The translations under genes and the position numbers were made by a program. Positions 63,483 to 64,000 of a stretch of 64,000 bases of DNA are shown here, one piece after another. The stretch lies in assembly GCA_030295235.1 (NCBI GenBank), contig AP026124.1, forward strand, positions 1,674,001 through 1,738,000, in the 5' to 3' direction. Position 1 is the first letter of the stretch. Every line of letters starts with the position of its first letter. The stretch comes from Fistulifera solaris (lineage: Eukaryota). The notes under the pieces were generated by a model, which ran no database searches, was not told the origin of the DNA, and worked only from the letters and a program-made list of their open reading frames with translations.

Positions 63483-64000
63483 GTGGAGATAGATAGCTGA
63501 ATATCATATAAATCATTGTAGTACCAGCCGAATGGTACAAAGACATGGAAGAAATTCCACTGATAAATACGACGATGACGATGAGCAAGCATTGCGGTGC
63601 GCGATGCGATGTGTCAAGCATGAATTTAAATTTAGCAAGCCCTTTAAGATTCCGATGATTCATGAGTCAACGATGAGTACTTGTACCGGTACTGTACCGG
63701 TATCTGGTACAAAGTATGTACCGTAAGATTATCTAGGTTGCCCCTACATCAATAAATTTCCTACGGCGGCCACATGAAAACGGCGTAGACGTTCCAACTT
63801 TCCAATATATTTCATCATGCTTTGTGCTCGAAAAACGTCGCTCATTGTTAATCACTAAACAAGTAAATTCCTGGGTACATTGATCAAAGTAATAGTGATA
63901 TTGGTGTTCTGCAGACCGGATTTTTGCTGTAGTCGAATTATACAACATCCGGGGTGCCCTCGGCGGCCAGGAAAAAACTGCGTAAGGTTTCCAAGCGCTG

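Overview
Gene-dense eukaryotic nuclear DNA, most likely from a diatom. Evidence: short GT-AG introns of about 60-200 bp, bipartite signal-peptide+Phe plastid presequences, diatom-type PPR proteins and RxL/KxxK cell-wall-type proteins. About 28 protein genes are supported, including GET3/ArsA, MPP-alpha, a GT31 galactosyltransferase, a PX protein, a 2/2 globin, an SWSAP1-like ATPase, an atypical E2F (DEL), a Nudix-methyltransferase fusion, a PPR protein, an SZT2-like protein, BCAT, a PsbP-like protein, an F-box/MYND protein, an ICL/PEPM-family lyase, APC7, HemA, COA7 and LYAR. Many genes are broken by +/-1 indels; those checked lie in homopolymers and look like uncorrected long-read errors. The most notable observations are: (1) non-coding DNA carries many TA-flanked micro-insertions (TA-CCWGG-TA, TA-CTCCG/CGGAG-TA, TA-CCGG-TA), and a 53-bp tandem array shows filled and empty sites side by side, consistent with excision footprints of TA-targeting DNA transposons; (2) an unannotated two-exon 117-aa gene resembles fungal Gon7, the fifth KEOPS subunit; (3) two distant intergenic minisatellites share a palindromic CCAGA-WWW-TCTGG core; (4) a decayed copy of part of the SZT2-like gene lies about 4.5 kb from its source. 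All family calls come from motif recognition by eye, not database searches.
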